A DNA stretch of 61,325 nt, filler included, from Pirum gemmata (lineage: Eukaryota): the NCBI GenBank assembly GCA_002812295.1. It is 8 parts of 8 records of this genome, joined end to end, with 100 filler letters (N's around TTAATTAATTAA, not from the genome) between each part and the next. Parts side by side here need not be neighbours in the genome. Positions count along the whole stretch, not along the records: positions 53,749 to 61,325 come from PDIN01000134.1; 7 more parts are not named here. The stretch is one strand, 5' to 3'. Under the pieces are notes generated by a model, which saw only the letters and a program-made list of their open reading frames with translations, did no database searches and was not told the DNA's origin. Below, one piece after another: positions 59,015 through 61,325 of the stretch; the stretch's first letter is position 1, and every line of letters starts with the position of its first letter. The position numbers and the translations under genes were made by a program.

Positions 59015-59525
59015 TAGTTTTTATTCACTTTTTAATTCTTGATTTTTATTTCTAGCTAGGTTTTTATTTATTCTTGGAATCTTGGGAAATAGAAATAGAA
59101 TCCAGTGCAACTGTGCAACGGTGGTTGTGTTGGAACTTGTCATTTTTGACACGGCAAATCAAAGGAAATATTGCTAGGGAAATATTGCCTTTGTGTCGAT
59201 CCTAAGGAAATTTCCATAAACGACGGTTCTCAATGTGTGAATGAATGTTCCACCGTCCCACATTTAAGTCACACCTTTCACATTGGGATCGTTTTGGAAA
59301 ACAGAATAAACTGCTTGTGAAAAATTATAATGACTGTATATAATATTAATAACTACTTAAAAACCTGTCCAGCTAGTAGACTACCCAGTCTACTGTCTAC
59401 TACTATGGTAGCTAGTAGCTATTGATAGAGCTAGCTCTAGTGAACTATTGGTATCATAGTTTGGTTGGTTATCGATATGATACTTAAATCTCTAGTAGTA
59501 GCTAGCTGTATCAACTGTACCACAG

Positions 59526-59671
59526 GGGAGCGTTCAAATACTATGTAAAGCCAATTTCCGGTTAAATACTGCTTCAAATACCCCCTACCTACCTACCCCT
59601 CGACGTTAATTTCCGGTCAAATACCACCTACTTACCTACCCCTTGACGTGACGTATTATTTGAACGCTCCC
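59526..59671 (+). mobile_element. MITE family B, full-length
   Basis: GGGAGCGTTCAAATA ... TATTTGAACGCTCCC. Confidence 0.87.
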
Positions 59672-59712
59672 TGGCGACACATAGGTATTTTAATTAAAAA
59701 CTATAAACTATA

Positions 59713-59884
59713 GTGCTTTTCAGTTGTTTTGTCATCATAAAATAGTTCCAAATTAAAACAATATAAATCCATTTAATTTAATTTGGTATATTTTAATATC
59801 TATATATTGATTTAAAAATGTCAATTTAAAGAATGTAACCCTCCAAATAAATATTCGGATTGACAAAATAAATGAAAGGCACGA
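59713..59884 (+). mobile_element. MITE family A
   Basis: TA|TAGTGCTTTTCAG ... TGAAAGGCACGA|TA. Confidence 0.83.
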
Positions 59885-60935
59885 TACTATACCCGTATAT
59901 ATTGAGATCGTATCCCATATTTATACAGTAAACTAGAATACTATAAATAAAACTAAATATTTTAAAAATATTATATAAAACTATTAAAATAATAATAGTA
60001 TTAATATCGACGTATCGTATAATAATATTAATAATAGACTAGACCTAAATGAAAATAATAAGGATTGTACTCAACATGTACACTGTACACTACAGTTGAG
60101 TTGGTACAGTTCGAAACTTCGAGTAGGGTAGGGCCTTTTAGTTAGCAGTACTAAATTTTAGTACTACTAATCTACTAGCTAGTGGACAACGATAATCAAA
60201 TTTACCAAAATAGACCTGTCTACGACGGGTTATCACTTATCAGATAGACCTATACATATTTTTATATTATTAATAAATCGTAAAATGAAAAAAAGTAATA
60301 CAATTTTATTATAATTATCATCATTAGCTATTCTAACTGCTTTATTATTATTATAGTGCTATGATAATAATGATCTATCATTATAGAGTAGAGATTATTT
60401 AGTAATGAGCTTATGATATGTAAAGTAGACTTTATGATAGTGTCATTATCAAATTTTTATTATTATTATTATAATTATGATAAAATATTATTATCCGATA
60501 TAATATTAATTTTCTGCGTATGTAGATTATTATTATTATAATATTATATTATTATTATTATTATTATCAGATTTACATATACATCATATAAATTGTATGA
60601 TAATATATAATTATATACCTGGTATAATATTATTATAATAATTATATTATAAAGATTTACATCATATTAATATGATAAGGTATCCTGGATAAGTCATTTA
60701 ACTTCTTTACTACGGGTAAAATAATAATAATTAGGAGAGTTTTCTTAGCTAGAAGACTTAAATTAAAAGGTCTAAGGTGGCTGTGAAGTTTTCTAAATTA
60801 ATATTATTTGGGTCAATGATTTTGCAATTAAGAATGGCAGATGACTTATTTACCTTGATAGCTACTAGACACGGTCACACGCAGCTAGCTATCTATGCAG
60901 CTAGCTAGAAGCCAGCTAAGTTGACTCATCAATAC

Positions 60936-61324
60936 TTTACTCTTCAGACTACCTTTCACAAGTGGCGCTGTTCGCAGCAGTTAACAACATCATTATTCAC
61001 GAGTTTGAGTACCTCGAGAAGTAGCACTTACTATCCGATATTCAATCCATACTCATAAATACATGTCTATTATATTAATTAATTATGATTATATTGTTCT
61101 ATATACACATTATTATTATTATTAGTAAAAGTACATTTTATTATTATTTTAATATTATTATTATTTTCATGACCACCTTTAGTAAGTTTAATATAGGGGC
61201 CGTGCTTTTTTTTTTTTTTTTTTACTCTTCAGACTACCTTTCACAAGTGGCACTGTTCGCGGCAGTTAACAACATCATTATTCACGAGTTTGAGTACCTG
61301 GAGAAATAGCACTTACTATCCGAC
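60936..61324 (+). repeat. Direct duplication (~104 bp, 285 bp apart) of a putative terminal exon (60948-61024; 61233-61309)
   Basis: TTTACTCTTCAG acceptor, then YLSQVALFAAVNNIIIHEFEYLEK* in both copies. Confidence 0.8.
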
Positions 61325-61325
61325 A

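Noticed and set aside
1..61325. tRNA, rRNA or other structured RNA genes; endogenous viral genes
   Set aside because: None recognised by eye; a covariance-model and profile search would be needed to exclude them

Overview
AT-rich, intron-containing eukaryotic DNA with (TTAGGG)n-type telomeric repeats; the organism cannot be identified from this window. The window is almost certainly not contiguous. Seven identical 100-bp spacers (N-run, TTAATTAATTAA, N-run) recur every ~7.6-8.0 kb, which suggests eight concatenated, similar-sized unplaced contigs, so relationships across spacers mean nothing. Coding content: (1) a large low-complexity terminal exon; (2) an orphan, partly triplicated staphylococcal-nuclease-like last exon; (3) an intact Ty3/Gypsy chromovirus-like gag-pol; (4) a two-exon secreted C2 + class 3 lipase gene; (5) an endophilin-like BAR-domain gene with at least 7 exons; (6) degenerate Tx1/L1-like LINE remnants. 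The rest is dense in non-autonomous TIR elements (at least eight families, some nested), interstitial telomeric tracts, microsatellites and CTAG-rich palindromic filler. The best candidate for novelty is the retrotransposon. Its integrase ends in a cage-degenerate chromodomain followed by an extra Tudor-like domain. It has a clear -1 frameshift signal and a long basic insert between protease and RT. A small convergent Lys-rich ORF, preceded by clustered E2F/CHR-like motifs, sits just beyond its 3' end. All domain calls are by-eye motif recognition; no database search was run.
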